A DNA stretch of 64,000 nucleotides from Prevotellaceae bacterium UBA1726. Its GTDB lineage: Bacteria > Bacteroidota > Bacteroidia > Bacteroidales > Bacteroidaceae. Every line of letters starts with the position of its first letter. Position 1 is the stretch's first letter. This document shows positions 39,429 through 52,574 of this stretch, in pieces. The DNA is taken from the NCBI GenBank assembly GCA_002316005.1, contig DCIM01000049.1, forward strand, positions 464-64,463, in the 5' to 3' direction. The notes under the pieces were generated by a model. The model did no database searches and was not told the origin of the DNA. It was given only the letters and a program-made list of their open reading frames with translations. A program made the translations under genes and the position numbers.

Positions 39429-39448
39429 TTTAGAATGATGTATAAACA

Positions 39449-40414
39449 TTAGTTGTTCACGCTGCCACCGACAATGTCAAGCAACTCGGATGTGATGGCC
39501 TGCTGACGAGACTTGTTATACTGCAGGTTCAACTGACGGAGCAGTTCGTCTGCATTATCCGTAGCAGTCTGCATAGCCACCATTCGTGCTGCATGCTCAG
39601 AAGCATTGCTGTCGAGCAGAGCGGTGTAAATCATCAGATTGACATAACGAGGAATCAATGCAAGGAGAACAGTCTCGAGATCTGGTTCAACGATGAAGTT
39701 CGAATTCAACGCCTTTCCATGCTGATACTGATACTCCTCTTTATTGTTGTCCTTGTTTCTCTGATACTCAACACTCTTTGCTGTTGCCACTGTGCTCTCA
39801 AGGTCGCGTGAATGGTCATAGTTCATCGCTTCTTCTACATCGATAGGAAGAAGATGCTTCCTTGTGAGAATCTGCGAACCAGCACTCTTGAAGTGATGAT
39901 AGATCATATCCACATGATCGATCTCTGCTGCCATGAACATCTTACGGAGTTCGTGACCGATAGCCTGGCAATCTTCGAAGTTTGGCTTGTCGGCAAGGTG
40001 GTTGAAGTTGCCAGCAGACTTATAGCCCAGCTTATGCACCTTCTCAGCAACCTTTCTACCTACAGGATAGATAGTCACTTCTACACCTTGTGCCTCAAAC
40101 TCCTCTACCGTCTTCTGCATCATCTTCAGTACATTGGCATTGAAACCGCCACAGAGCGATGAATTGCTCGCAAAGACAATGAGACCTGCATGTTTCACTT
40201 CACGGTTGAAGGTGAAGAGGCTACGCATGTCGACATCACTCGCAATGAATGTCTTGAGGATGTGCTCGAGCATGCTCTCATAAGGGAGCATGTTCTCAAT
40301 CATCACCTGTGCATGATGCAACTTAGATGATGCCACCATCTTCATGGCACTCGTAATCTTGCGAGTACTGTTGACTGATGCTATTCTGTTTTTTATCTCT
40401 TTTAGAGATGGCAT
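39449..40414 (-). CDS. atpG: ATP synthase F1 gamma
   Basis: KITSAMKMVA, LCGGFN, SEHAARMVAM, RQQAITSEL. Confidence 0.97.
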   Translation of the reverse strand: MPSLKEIKNRIASVNSTRKITSAMKMVASSKLHHAQVMIENMLPYESMLEHILKTFIASDVDMRSLFTFNREVKHAGLIVFASNSSLCGGFNANVLKMMQKTVEEFEAQGVEVTIYPVGRKVAEKVHKLGYKSAGNFNHLADKPNFEDCQAIGHELRKMFMAAEIDHVDMIYHHFKSAGSQILTRKHLLPIDVEEAMNYDHSRDLESTVATAKSVEYQRNKDNNKEEYQYQHGKALNSNFIVEPDLETVLLALIPRYVNLMIYTALLDSNASEHAARMVAMQTATDNADELLRQLNLQYNKSRQQAITSELLDIVGGSVNN

Positions 40415-40420
40415 AATTTA

Positions 40421-40486
40421 ATTTACAATTTTAAAATTTACAATTTACAATTCAATTGCTCAATTGTCAATTGTCCAATTGTCTAA
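40421..40486. repeat. 7-bp tandem repeats (caattta / caattgt) between atpA and atpG
   Basis: atttacaatt...tttacaatttacaattcaattgctcaattgtcaattgtccaattgtc. Confidence 0.8.
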
Positions 40487-42070
40487 TTATCCCTTATACT
40501 GACCTGCTACGCTGGCCATTACATCTTCGATAATCTTTGTTGCTTCATCGTCAATCTTTCCGGCACCGAGAGCGTCGATAACATCCTGATGCGAAGCACG
40601 CATAGCTGTGAGGAATGAATCCTGGCACTCGCGAACCTTTTCTACTGGTACAGGAGCCATGAGGCCGTGTGTACCACAGTAGAGGATGGCAATCTGCTCG
40701 CCTACAGGCATTGGAGAGTACTGCGACTGAATGAGCAACTGATTGTTCTTACGACCACGATCGAGAGTCATCGCTGTAACGGCATCCATATCGCTTGAGA
40801 ACTTCGAGAATGCCTCAAGCTCACGATACTGAGCCTGGTCGATCTTCAAAGTACCAGCAACCTTCTTCATTGACTTGATCTGAGCCGAACCACCTACACG
40901 CGATACCGAGATACCAACGTTGATGGCAGGACGGAAGCCCTGGTTGAAGAGGTCGGCCTCAAGATAGATCTGACCGTCGGTGATAGAGATAACGTTTGTT
41001 GGGATGTAAGCAGAAACGTCACCAGCCTGAGTCTCGATGATAGGGAGAGCTGTGAGCGAACCACCACCCTTTACCTTGCCCTTGAGACAAGCTGGAAGGT
41101 CGTTCATTGCTTCTGCCACCTCCTGCTGCTCGTTGATCTTTGCAGCACGCTCGAGAAGACGAGAGTGGAGATAGAATACATCACCAGGATAAGCCTCACG
41201 ACCAGAAGGACGACGCAGAATCAGTGATACCTCACGATAAGCAACAGCCTGCTTTGAGAGGTCATCATAAACAACGAGTGCATGCTCACCACGATCGCGG
41301 AAATACTCACCGATAGCAGCACCTGCAAATGGTGCATAGTACTGCATAGCAGCAGGATCGCTGGCTGTAGCAGCAACGATGATTGTGTAAGGCAGAGCGC
41401 CATGCTCCTTAAGGTTCTGAACGAGCGCTGCTACTGTAGAAGCCTTCTGACCGATGGCAACATAGATACAGTAAACAGGCTGACCAGCCTCGTAGAAACT
41501 CTTCTGGTTGATGATGGTATCAACGGCAATGGCAGTCTTACCAGTCTGGCGGTCGCCAATGATAAGCTCACGCTGACCACGACCAATTGGAATCATTGAG
41601 TCAACGGCCTTGAGACCTGTCTGTAGTGGCTGCTTTACCGGCTGGCGATAGATAACACCAGGTGCCTTGCGGTCAAGTGGCATTTCGTAAGACTCGGAGA
41701 GGTCGATCTCGCCAAGACCATCGATAGCCTGACCAAGAGGATTGATGACACGACCAAGCATATTGTCGTTAACGCGAATTGACGCGATACGCTTTGTACG
41801 CTTTACGGACATACCCTCTTTGATACCTGCTGTAGAACCGAGAAGAATACAACCGACATTGTCCTCCTCAAGGTTCATCACGATAGCCATAGTACCATTT
41901 TCAAACTCCAAAAGTTCGTTAGCCTCGGCATTACGCAAACCGTAGATTCGTGCTACACCATCGTTGACGGTAAGAACTGTTCCCACCTCATCGAAGTTCT
42001 GCTGCTGACCGATACCCTGAAGCTGTTGAAGCAATACTTCTGATACTTCGCTTGGTTTTATTTTGTCCAT
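40487..42070 (-). CDS. atpA: ATP synthase F1 alpha
   Basis: [27 protein letters not shown]. Confidence 0.98.
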   Translation of the reverse strand: MDKIKPSEVSEVLLQQLQGIGQQQNFDEVGTVLTVNDGVARIYGLRNAEANELLEFENGTMAIVMNLEEDNVGCILLGSTAGIKEGMSVKRTKRIASIRVNDNMLGRVINPLGQAIDGLGEIDLSESYEMPLDRKAPGVIYRQPVKQPLQTGLKAVDSMIPIGRGQRELIIGDRQTGKTAIAVDTIINQKSFYEAGQPVYCIYVAIGQKASTVAALVQNLKEHGALPYTIIVAATASDPAAMQYYAPFAGAAIGEYFRDRGEHALVVYDDLSKQAVAYREVSLILRRPSGREAYPGDVFYLHSRLLERAAKINEQQEVAEAMNDLPACLKGKVKGGGSLTALPIIETQAGDVSAYIPTNVISITDGQIYLEADLFNQGFRPAINVGISVSRVGGSAQIKSMKKVAGTLKIDQAQYRELEAFSKFSSDMDAVTAMTLDRGRKNNQLLIQSQYSPMPVGEQIAILYCGTHGLMAPVPVEKVRECQDSFLTAMRASHQDVIDALGAGKIDDEATKIIEDVMASVAGQYKG

Positions 42071-42115
42071 TATTACTTTTTGCTTTTAAACTTTAAACAT
42101 AAACTCTTGAGAGGC

Positions 42116-42649
42116 TTATTTAAGCTCCTTAAGAATAGTACGCAACTGTGACTGTACGCTGGCATCCATTCTGTAAGTGTCGTACTCAAGAATGAAACCA
42201 CCGATGATGTCTGGGTTCACCTCTGTCTGGAACTCTACCTGAGCGTTTGTGCGCTTCTCAACCATCTGGCGCATCTTTGCCTCTGTTTCATCAGAAACGG
42301 CAACAGCTGTGATGAGACGGCCGGAGATGATGTTCTTCTCCTGTCGATAGAGTGTTACATAGGAATTGGCCATAAACTGTATAAGGTTCTCCCTACCCTC
42401 TTTCAGCACAACATCGATGAATACCTCTGTCTGCTTACAAGGATTTCCGCCACAAGCCGACACGAGCAGTTTCTGCTTGTCTTCCTTTGGCAGCATAGGA
42501 TTGTCGATGGCTGATCTCAACTGGCGCACCGTCAGATAGCTCTGGGCAAGTGTCTGCATGTCTGCATAGACATTGTCCTTTGCTCCCTGAGCTTCGGCAC
42601 TCTTCAGAAGAGCGCGAGCATAGCGAACTGATATTACTCCAGTGTTCAT
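42116..42649 (-). CDS. atpH: ATP synthase F1 delta
   Basis: RYARAL, IIGGFIL, DASV; operon position. Confidence 0.93.
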   Translation of the reverse strand: MNTGVISVRYARALLKSAEAQGAKDNVYADMQTLAQSYLTVRQLRSAIDNPMLPKEDKQKLLVSACGGNPCKQTEVFIDVVLKEGRENLIQFMANSYVTLYRQEKNIISGRLITAVAVSDETEAKMRQMVEKRTNAQVEFQTEVNPDIIGGFILEYDTYRMDASVQSQLRTILKELK

Positions 42650-42667
42650 ATCGAATGTCCTTATACC

Positions 42668-43189
42668 TTATTTATTATTATCACCTTGAACCTCATCCAG
42701 CATACGGTCAATGAGCTGCATCTGTGCTGCATCGCTTGAGAGGTTCTGGCGAACTACTTTCTCGGCAATCTGCACAGAGAGCTGGGCAACCTGAGCTCGG
42801 ATATCGCGAATGGCAGCCTGCTTCTCGCTCTCAATCTGGGCATGAGCCTCGGTCATGATGCGAGTAGACTCGGCCTTCGCCTTTGTCTGAGCTTCCGCGA
42901 TGATGGCGTCACGAGTAGTGGCTGCATCCTTGATGATCTGAGCCTGTTCCTCGCGTGCCTTCTGGACGATAGCTTCACTTTCCTGCTGGATGTTTGCAAG
43001 TCGCTCTGCTGCCTCATGGGCATTCTTGAGAGACTCATCGATGAACTTCTTGCGCTTGTCAACCATGCCAGTGATGACAGGGAATCCAAACTTTGCAAGA
43101 ATTCCAAACACCAGTACGAATGCGATGAGCATCCAGAAGAGGAGTCCAAAATCGGGGGTTAGTATTGCTGGTAAATTCAATGAATCCAT
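42668..43189 (-). CDS. atpF: ATP synthase Fo subunit b
   Basis: N-terminal TM then long coiled coil; operon position. Confidence 0.95.
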   Translation of the reverse strand: MDSLNLPAILTPDFGLLFWMLIAFVLVFGILAKFGFPVITGMVDKRKKFIDESLKNAHEAAERLANIQQESEAIVQKAREEQAQIIKDAATTRDAIIAEAQTKAKAESTRIMTEAHAQIESEKQAAIRDIRAQVAQLSVQIAEKVVRQNLSSDAAQMQLIDRMLDEVQGDNNK

Positions 43190-43211
43190 CTAACTAACTT
43201 CTATTTGAGGT

Positions 43212-43475
<264 letters not shown>

Positions 43476-43565
43476 TTAAATTGTTATTATTATTGTTATT
43501 ACTTATTTCTTTTTCCTAAGGGGTAGATTCATTCTGTTCTGCTGAACTACACCTTATATAATATA

Positions 43566-44636
43566 TTATTTATGATGCTCAGGAAGAGAGAGTCCGATGA
43601 ACACAGCCGAAAGCATTGTGAACACATAAGCCTGAATGAAGGCTACAAGGAACTCAAGACAGTTCATGAAGAGAATCATAACGAAGCTGAGCACAGTCAG
43701 ACCGCTACCAAGGAACGCGTTCAACTGCCATCCGATGAAGATGATTGCTGTGAACGAGAGTATGATTGCGTGACCGGCCATCATGTTTGCAAACAGACGG
43801 ACCATAAGAGCAAAAGGCTTTGTGAATACACCGAAGAGTTCGATGACAGGCATGATTGCCAATGGGTAAGCCTTGAGGAACATTGGTACATCTGGCCAGA
43901 AGATTTCTTTCCAGTATTCCTTGTTACCGAAGAGGTTGATTGCCAGCATTGTGCAGAGTGCAAGGAAGAAGGTAATGTTGATATTACCAGTCACATTCGC
44001 ACCACCTGGGAATATTGGCAACAGTCCAAGGAGGTTGGTAACAAAGATAAAGAAGAAGCAAGTGAGCAGATAAGGAGCATAGCGACGATAGTGCTTTTCT
44101 CCAATGGAACTCTTGATGAGGTCGTCGTTGATAGTCATTACCAACATCTCAACCAAACCTACAAATCCCTTTGGAGCCTCTTTCGTCACATCATGCTTCT
44201 TATACCAACGAGCCACAGTAAGGAACACCGCAAGAAGGATGAAAACGACAATCCAGATCTGGGTTACAGACTTGGTGATACTCAAGTCGAGCGGACGAAC
44301 ACTTGTGCCATCAGCCAGACGCTCATATATCTTGCCATTCTTCTCCTCGTTGAAGTAGAATCCTTTATAGTCTTTGCCTTCGTGAGCTGCCTCCTCAAGT
44401 ACAGAACTGCTGCAGACGAGCCATTCACCAGTCTGCTGGCTCTTTACCATAACAAGAAGAGGTATGGCAATCGACTTACCACCAATGGTAGTGATATGCC
44501 ACTCATAGGCATCGGCCATATGGCCCAACACTATTTCCTTGACATCAACACCCTCCCCCTCTTTTTCGGCCGCAAAGGTCTGAAGCGGAAGTGTCATTGC
44601 CAAGAGCAACAGCATTATGTGAGCTATTTTCTTCAT
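43566..44636 (-). CDS. atpB: ATP synthase Fo subunit a (long N-terminal extension)
   Basis: KPFALMVRLFANMMAGH, IQAYVF. Confidence 0.96.
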   Translation of the reverse strand: MKKIAHIMLLLLAMTLPLQTFAAEKEGEGVDVKEIVLGHMADAYEWHITTIGGKSIAIPLLVMVKSQQTGEWLVCSSSVLEEAAHEGKDYKGFYFNEEKNGKIYERLADGTSVRPLDLSITKSVTQIWIVVFILLAVFLTVARWYKKHDVTKEAPKGFVGLVEMLVMTINDDLIKSSIGEKHYRRYAPYLLTCFFFIFVTNLLGLLPIFPGGANVTGNINITFFLALCTMLAINLFGNKEYWKEIFWPDVPMFLKAYPLAIMPVIELFGVFTKPFALMVRLFANMMAGHAIILSFTAIIFIGWQLNAFLGSGLTVLSFVMILFMNCLEFLVAFIQAYVFTMLSAVFIGLSLPEHHK

Positions 44637-44645
44637 TAATAATTT

Positions 44646-45077
44646 TTATTTTATGCGTTTTGTTTTCTCGGTCTTTATGAAGAACCAAGTGTCAAATACA
44701 AGCATTACAAAGTAGAATGCCATGAACACGACAGCGAACACCTTGATTGATTGTGAGTCGCCACGCATTGCGAAACAGTAAACGAGAACTGTCATTGCCG
44801 CAAGCAAAATTCTGATTCCCGAAGCAGCGAGGAACAATACCGGCAGATTCTTCACCGAAGTGAGTGCCACCTTTTTCCATACTGCGATGAACCCTAATGC
44901 TGCTATCAGATTGAACACTGCACTGATAATAATCTGGTTGCTTGAAACATATCCCACAAGGTGGTTCGACAGAAGAATGGAACCAGCAGTGAGGATTGCC
45001 ACGAGCAAGAAACTCATAATCGTGTAGAGTCTTTTCTGGGCACTGACAAATTGTTCGTTAGTGTTCGACACAGACAT
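44646..45077 (-). CDS. Membrane protein in the atp operon (AtpI-like)
   Basis: Four TM helices, immediately upstream of atpB. Confidence 0.7.
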   Translation of the reverse strand: MSVSNTNEQFVSAQKRLYTIMSFLLVAILTAGSILLSNHLVGYVSSNQIIISAVFNLIAALGFIAVWKKVALTSVKNLPVLFLAASGIRILLAAMTVLVYCFAMRGDSQSIKVFAVVFMAFYFVMLVFDTWFFIKTEKTKRIK

Positions 45078-45297
45078 TTACATAGTTTTGTTTAACTGAA
45101 ACGAATCCAGCACTGATGTGAACAGTGTGTTTGCCGTCTGCAGTCTTGTATTCAACAATACCGTTGGTTAAAGACGAGATGATAGGTGCGTGGTTGTCGA
45201 GAATCTCGAACTGTCCGAGAGCTCCCGGAACCAGTACGCTCAAGACCTCACCTTCAAACTCAATTCTCTCAGGAGATACTATTTTCAGTTTTAGCAT
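45058..45297 (-). CDS. atpC: ATP synthase F1 epsilon (N-terminal domain only)
   Basis: LKIVSPE, PGALGQFEILDNHAP; lacks the C-terminal helices. Confidence 0.93.
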   Translation of the reverse strand: MLKLKIVSPERIEFEGEVLSVLVPGALGQFEILDNHAPIISSLTNGIVEYKTADGKHTVHISAGFVSVKQNYVNVCVEH

Positions 45298-45303
45298 ATT
45301 GTT

Positions 45304-45363
45304 AATTTACAATTTATCAATTTACAATTTACCATTTGATTGTCAATTGTCCAATTGTCAATT
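45304..45363. repeat. 7-bp tandem repeats between atpD and atpC
   Basis: aatttacaatttatcaatttacaatttacc...ttgtcaattgtccaattgtcaatt. Confidence 0.8.
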
Positions 45364-45366
45364 ACT

Positions 45367-46890
<1,524 letters not shown>

Positions 46891-46909
46891 TTAAAATTTA
46901 ATTTTCCAA

Positions 46910-47887
46910 TTAGATTGACAACTCGTCGAGAACCTTGATGAGCTTCTTGTCGAATGGCTTGTCTGAGCGGATAGCCTCCGAGAATGGAACATACACAACT
47001 TCATTGTTGCGTACACCAATCATGACATTGCGCTGTCCCTGGAGGATAGCCTCGATAGCTCCCACACCTGTACGACCGGCAAGGATGCGGTCACGAGCTG
47101 TTGGACGACCACCACGCTGGAGGTGACCAAGGATAGAAACGCGTACATCAAACTCAGGGAACTCTTTCTTTACACGATCAGCATAGAACATAGCACCACA
47201 CTTCTTGCTCTCAGAAACGATGACAATACATGATTTCTTCGACTTACGGATACCTCTGTGCATGAACTCTGCCAACTGGTCAGCATCAGTACTCTCTTCT
47301 GGAATGATAGCAGCCTCTGCTCCACACGCAATAGCTGAATTCTGTGCAAGGAAACCAGCATCACGTCCCATCACCTCAACAAAGAAGATACGCTCATGGC
47401 TCTGGGCGGTGTCGCGAATACGGTCAACACACTCCATAATAGTGTTCATTGTGGTATCGTAGCCGATAGTATTATCTGTACCATAGAGGTCATTGTCGAT
47501 TGTACCAGGAAGACCAATACAGCAAACATCATGTTCCTGGGCGAAAATCTTTGCACCTGTGAGGGAACCATTACCACCACAAACAACGAGGGCGTCAATC
47601 TCATTAGCCACCATGTTGTCATAGGCCTTCTGACGACCTTCCTCTGTCATGAACTCTTTTGAACGGGCTGTCTTGAGGATTGTACCACCAGTAGCAATGA
47701 TACCAGAAACATTCTCTGTAGTAAATTCTTTGATTTCGTTGTTGATAAGGCCTTCCCAACCGCGGTAAATACCCTTAATTTTGAAACCGTTGTAAATACC
47801 AGCACGAGTGACGGCACGAATTGCAGCATTCATACCAGGGGCATCTCCTCCGGAAGTGAGGATACCAATAGTCTTTATCTTTGCCAT
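46910..47887 (-). CDS. pfkA: ATP-dependent 6-phosphofructokinase
   Basis: [34 protein letters not shown]; start at MAKIK. Confidence 0.93.
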   Translation of the reverse strand: MAKIKTIGILTSGGDAPGMNAAIRAVTRAGIYNGFKIKGIYRGWEGLINNEIKEFTTENVSGIIATGGTILKTARSKEFMTEEGRQKAYDNMVANEIDALVVCGGNGSLTGAKIFAQEHDVCCIGLPGTIDNDLYGTDNTIGYDTTMNTIMECVDRIRDTAQSHERIFFVEVMGRDAGFLAQNSAIACGAEAAIIPEESTDADQLAEFMHRGIRKSKKSCIVIVSESKKCGAMFYADRVKKEFPEFDVRVSILGHLQRGGRPTARDRILAGRTGVGAIEAILQGQRNVMIGVRNNEVVYVPFSEAIRSDKPFDKKLIKVLDELSI

Positions 47888-48015
47888 AGTATTATTATTT
47901 GTTATAACTGATAGCAAAGTTAGTAAATTTTCCCGAAGGGAGCAAGCGTAAGTGAGTTTTTTTTAGGCAGAATCGCGAATTTGGACAAAAAAAAGTAGAA
48001 AGTGAAAGAAAATGC

Positions 48016-48999
48016 CTACAACCTTCCGGAAATTCTCTTCAAAAAGAAGTATAATTCTTCTTCAAGACGGAACAGACTCCAACACCCCTTAAAAGGGATG
48101 TATCCAAGTTTTTTCTTGATGTTGGTCTTGATGAGAGATGTATCAATACTCTCCCACCCTGTTTTTAATTCACTGAGGCAATATGCTTTGTCTTCACTAC
48201 TCAACGACCGGCGATTTTTATAATAGAACATGTAGCAATCAACAAGAACTTTCAAGCGCTCCACTTCATAGGTTTGAAGTATAGCCTCAGAACATTTCAA
48301 TTCGGCGAGTTGGCTTTTCATCCTCTGTGTGGCTGTAAGATAATCCATTCGCAACACAGAAATCTGGTTTGTGATTGAATTAGGATTGCTCCAATAGAAA
48401 TAAGGTGCATCCGATTGATACACTTTACGCGATATCAAATAATGTAGGCGTGTGGTATTGTCATCGCTGAAATGGCGACACGATGTGTCGTAGTTATATT
48501 GACGAAATAATTCCGCTCTTGCTGCATAAACTCCATGGATATTCCATGTAAGTGATTCTACGAAAGCCTGTTTACCGTCCAATGCTTCAAATGAAAGCCC
48601 GTTATAATCAGTGGTATTTCCGTCTTTGTCAACCAATACGCAACGATAAAGCACGCAATCTGCATCCTCGTGAGCATCAAAAACGGCAACAAGCTTTTCC
48701 ACGGTATCACCTGCATATATATCATCGCAATCGAGATATCCAATTATATCTCCAGTACAAGCCCCAATGCCTGTGTTTCGAGCATGTGCCACACCTTTAT
48801 TGGTTTCGTGTTTTACGAGTTTTATGTGTGGATACTCTGCCATAAAACTCTCAATGATGCTTGAAGACGCATCCTGTGATCCATCATCAACGCATACAAT
48901 CTCAATATTCTTGTAGGTTTGGGCTACAAGTGAACGGAGGCATTTCTCTATAAATTTCTCTCCGTTATATACTGCTACAAGAATACTTACCTTTGTCAT
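48016..48999 (-). CDS. GT2 glycosyltransferase
   Basis: VSILVAVYN, VDDGS, ARNTG, LDCDD. Confidence 0.92.
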   Translation of the reverse strand: MTKVSILVAVYNGEKFIEKCLRSLVAQTYKNIEIVCVDDGSQDASSSIIESFMAEYPHIKLVKHETNKGVAHARNTGIGACTGDIIGYLDCDDIYAGDTVEKLVAVFDAHEDADCVLYRCVLVDKDGNTTDYNGLSFEALDGKQAFVESLTWNIHGVYAARAELFRQYNYDTSCRHFSDDNTTRLHYLISRKVYQSDAPYFYWSNPNSITNQISVLRMDYLTATQRMKSQLAELKCSEAILQTYEVERLKVLVDCYMFYYKNRRSLSSEDKAYCLSELKTGWESIDTSLIKTNIKKKLGYIPFKGCWSLFRLEEELYFFLKRISGRL

Positions 49000-50432
49000 T
49001 TCACGGTGCTTTTATACATTTTATATGAGATATAGCAACTCGTAGCGAACATCAATGTTCCCAAGCCGTAGTAGAGCCATGTTGAAGTGTAGCGAACGAT
49101 AGCGAGTGAAATCAGTCCGAGGGCAAACTGTATGCTAATATTTTTGATCAGTCTTTCCGAAAGGTCAAGATCGTATTTCCACGAACAATAGCCTATCACA
49201 CATAAGCAATCAATGAACGAAGTGACAGACAGCGCAATACCAGTGCCGTCGAGTCCCCAGTTGTTGTAACCGATGATGATGGTCAGTACGATCAGTATGT
49301 CATAGACCGACTCCATGAGAAGATATGATTTCGAGTCGCCTTTCGCAAGCATGATGTATGCTACAGGGAGGTTTACTGCACGGAAATACATTGCCAAAAC
49401 CGTTATCTGTGTCATGCCGATAACAGGGAGGAATTTTCCACTGAATAGCAATGGTATAAGTATCTGTAAACCAAACATTAATGCAATGAGCATTGGAGCA
49501 ATCATTATGATCGATACTTCAATCTGTCGGTTTACCGCTCCGTTCATCTTCGTTGTATCGGCACAAACGGCTGAGAGGTGTGGGTAATAGTCGGTTTCCA
49601 TTGCCGCAAAAACCATTCCAGCATAGGTCATCGTTATCATGTAACCGGCATTGTAGAGACCTGCCAACGATACGGACATGTCGCTCAGATAAGCCCTCAC
49701 GGCAAACTCGGCTCCACTACCCAAAACTCCTGCCAAAACGAACGCCGTACCTATGGTGATCATAGGTTTTCCTTCTTTCAGATTATTCCATTTCGTTAGG
49801 AATCGCGGTGTGTAGTAGCGATACGAGTACCACATGACGAGAATCATCTGGATGAATGCGATGATAATGAGCGAAGGGATGATACCGTCGTATTTCCATT
49901 TCATGAACAATGGTACGGAGATTACCAATGCCATGAAAACACCAATGACGCTTGTCTTGGCCAGTTGTTTCAGTCTTCGTGTCGCTTTAAGGATTGCTGT
50001 TTCTCCTCCTGTTATAGCTGCCATTGCCACAACAACCGATAGGCATGCGAAATGAACGGTGTGCTCGAACGATGAGAATGCCCACATGCTGAGTACCCCA
50101 CTCAATGCAAGGCACATGATGAAACCGAACATTGCGACGATGAAACTCCACGAGCGGAGCAACGAAATCTGTTTTCTTGTTGCTTCTTCGTCTTGGGCGT
50201 CAAAAGCTTGCGAAATCTCGCGTACTCCACTGATTTGCAATCCGAAATTAGTGGAATTCTGCAGAAGGGTTGCCGCTGTGTTGTAGATGGAAATAAGGCC
50301 AACGCCAGTTGGACCTAAAATAATAGCAATTATCTTATTGCGTACAAGACCAATAAGGATGTTCAACCCCTGAACACCCCCGAATAATCCGGTGTACTTG
50401 AATATATGTTTGTAGCTACTATCTTTTCCCAT
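48996..50432 (-). CDS. Wzx-type oligosaccharide flippase
   Basis: Multi-TM MOP-family pattern (RNKIIAIILGPTGVG, AGLYNA, DYYP); start at MGKDS. Confidence 0.85.
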   Translation of the reverse strand: MGKDSSYKHIFKYTGLFGGVQGLNILIGLVRNKIIAIILGPTGVGLISIYNTAATLLQNSTNFGLQISGVREISQAFDAQDEEATRKQISLLRSWSFIVAMFGFIMCLALSGVLSMWAFSSFEHTVHFACLSVVVAMAAITGGETAILKATRRLKQLAKTSVIGVFMALVISVPLFMKWKYDGIIPSLIIIAFIQMILVMWYSYRYYTPRFLTKWNNLKEGKPMITIGTAFVLAGVLGSGAEFAVRAYLSDMSVSLAGLYNAGYMITMTYAGMVFAAMETDYYPHLSAVCADTTKMNGAVNRQIEVSIIMIAPMLIALMFGLQILIPLLFSGKFLPVIGMTQITVLAMYFRAVNLPVAYIMLAKGDSKSYLLMESVYDILIVLTIIIGYNNWGLDGTGIALSVTSFIDCLCVIGYCSWKYDLDLSERLIKNISIQFALGLISLAIVRYTSTWLYYGLGTLMFATSCYISYKMYKSTVK

Positions 50433-50515
50433 TACAAATAAATAACGAACAATTTGCGACTTTATTTTACTTTGGTGAATGTTTTCTGCAAAAAAATATA
50501 TACCTTTGCACGACA

Positions 50516-51478
50516 ATGACAAGCAACGAACCACATACAACACCGGTTATCAGTTTCATTATTCCTGATTACAACCTCCCAATACAACTCCTTCGTGAAT
50601 GTATTGAGAGCATTATTTCATTGGAATTGCCGGATGAAAAACGTGAGATTATTCTTGTTGATGATGGTTCGGAAGTATCTCCAAAGGAAGGGCTTGGCGA
50701 CCTGTTGTCTCATATCACACTTATCACTCAGGAAAATCGAGGTTTGTCTAAGGCTCGTAATATAGGCGTTGAGGCTGCAAGCGGCAAATTCATCCAGTTT
50801 GTTGATGGCGATGACTGTCTTTTGCCTAATTACATGGAGTGCTTTAAGTCGATTGAGGAAAACGACTATGACATGCTTATCTTTGGTCGTGTGACCGAAA
50901 AAACAGCGTCTTTTCCGGGGAAAACAGTTCCTTTCGGTTCTGGTGCCGACTATATGCTTCATCATAACATCTGTGCTTCGGCTTGGGGGTATATCTTCAA
51001 AAGGGAACTGCTTTCTGAGGGACTTCGTTTCACTGATGGTATTCTTCACGAAGACGAGGAATTTACTCCTTTGCTCACTTTAAAGGCTAAGAAGTTGGCG
51101 CGATATGAAGGTGCTGCTTATTTCTATCGTCAGCGCGAGGATTCGATTATTCACAGTGTTGAAAAAGAGCATCTTTCGCAAAGAATCAACGATTTCATCG
51201 GAGTTATCGAACGACTTGACAATAAAGCAAAGTCCCTTGATGGTGATGCTAAAAAGGCATTGCGGCGACGCGTCAACCAACTCACAATGGACCTTGTATA
51301 TAATGTGATAAAACTCTCTGGCGATGATAGTTATATCAGCAAAGCGCTTTCATTGCTTCGCGAGAAAGGTATCACCCCTCTCCCATTAAAAAACTATACA
51401 ACGAAATATCTTGTGTTTGCGCTTCTGATGCGTACATGTATCGGTCGCCGATTACTCGTGAAATATATTTGCAGATAA
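50516..51478 (+). CDS. GT2 glycosyltransferase
   Basis: ISFIIPDYN, VDDGS, GLSKARN, FVDGDD, HEDEEF. Confidence 0.92.
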   Translation: MTSNEPHTTPVISFIIPDYNLPIQLLRECIESIISLELPDEKREIILVDDGSEVSPKEGLGDLLSHITLITQENRGLSKARNIGVEAASGKFIQFVDGDDCLLPNYMECFKSIEENDYDMLIFGRVTEKTASFPGKTVPFGSGADYMLHHNICASAWGYIFKRELLSEGLRFTDGILHEDEEFTPLLTLKAKKLARYEGAAYFYRQREDSIIHSVEKEHLSQRINDFIGVIERLDNKAKSLDGDAKKALRRRVNQLTMDLVYNVIKLSGDDSYISKALSLLREKGITPLPLKNYTTKYLVFALLMRTCIGRRLLVKYICR

Positions 51479-51479
51479 T

Positions 51480-52574
51480 ATGAGAATACTCCTTCTTGGC
51501 GAATACAGCAATGTCCACACCACTCTTGCCCAGGGACTTCGTAGTCTTGGACATGAGGTTGTCACTGCCAGCAACGGTGACTTCTGGAAGGATTATCCCC
51601 GCGATATCGACCTTTCCCGTCCTAAAGGACCGTTTGGCGGTTTCCGGTTGTGGATGAAGGTGATGCTGAATCTGCGTAAGTTCACGGGATTCGATATCGT
51701 GCAAATAATCAATCCACTATTTCTTGAACTCAAGGCAGAACATCACTTTCGAATCTTTGATTATTTGAAGAAGCATAATAAGAAGGTGGTTCTCTGTGCT
51801 TTCGGTTTGGATTATTACTGGGTTCTTCAGAGCGATAAAGGTATTTTCCGTTATGGCGATTTCAATATCGGTGAAAAGAAAAGAACTGATGTTGAGGCTG
51901 AGCGTATTCGCAAGGAATGGATAGGTACACCAAAGGGTGAGTTGAGTAAGTATTGTGCCGAGAGATGCGATGCCATTGTGTCGGGACTTTATGAGTACGA
52001 TGCGTGCTATCGCCCACTCTTCCCAGAGAAGACAACCTTCATTCCATTCCCGATAAAACCGTGCGAAATTGAACCTGCTACCAATCTCGTCAGCCCTTCC
52101 CACCTTATTATATTAATAGGTATTAGTCGTAACCGCTCTGCTTACAAGGGAACGGATATCATGCTTCGTGCGGCTCAGGATCTGAAGGCGAAATATGAGG
52201 ATAAGGTGATACTGAACATTGCAGAGGGATTGCCTTTTGCTGAATATCAGAAACTGATGCTTGGCAGTGATGCCATTCTCGACCAGTTGTATAGTTATAC
52301 TCCTGCCATGAATGCCCTTGAGGCAATGAATAACGGCGTTGTATGCGTGGGTGGTGGTGAACCAGAGAACTACGAGATTCTTGGCGAGACGGAACTCCGT
52401 CCTATCGTCAATGTCGAACCAACCTACGAGAGTGTCTATAATGCCCTTGAAGAACTTGTCCTCAATCTCGACCGTGTGCCTCAATTGAAGCGCGAAGGTA
52501 TTGAATACATTAAGCGCCACCATGACTTTATCAAGGTAGCGCTTAAGTATGAGAATCTTTATATGTCTATCTAA
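51480..52574 (+). CDS. GT-B fold (GT4-like) glycosyltransferase
   Basis: MRILLLGEYSNVH, YKGTD, DQLYSYTPAMNALEAM. Confidence 0.85.
   Translation: MRILLLGEYSNVHTTLAQGLRSLGHEVVTASNGDFWKDYPRDIDLSRPKGPFGGFRLWMKVMLNLRKFTGFDIVQIINPLFLELKAEHHFRIFDYLKKHNKKVVLCAFGLDYYWVLQSDKGIFRYGDFNIGEKKRTDVEAERIRKEWIGTPKGELSKYCAERCDAIVSGLYEYDACYRPLFPEKTTFIPFPIKPCEIEPATNLVSPSHLIILIGISRNRSAYKGTDIMLRAAQDLKAKYEDKVILNIAEGLPFAEYQKLMLGSDAILDQLYSYTPAMNALEAMNNGVVCVGGGEPENYEILGETELRPIVNVEPTYESVYNALEELVLNLDRVPQLKREGIEYIKRHHDFIKVALKYENLYMSI

Noticed and set aside
43572-44639. 355-aa ORF antisense to atpB
   Set aside because: Shadow ORF of a hydrophobic, codon-biased gene.
45058-45297. Truncated atpC as a pseudogene
   Set aside because: Short epsilon subunits and the atpD-first gene order are normal in Bacteroidota.
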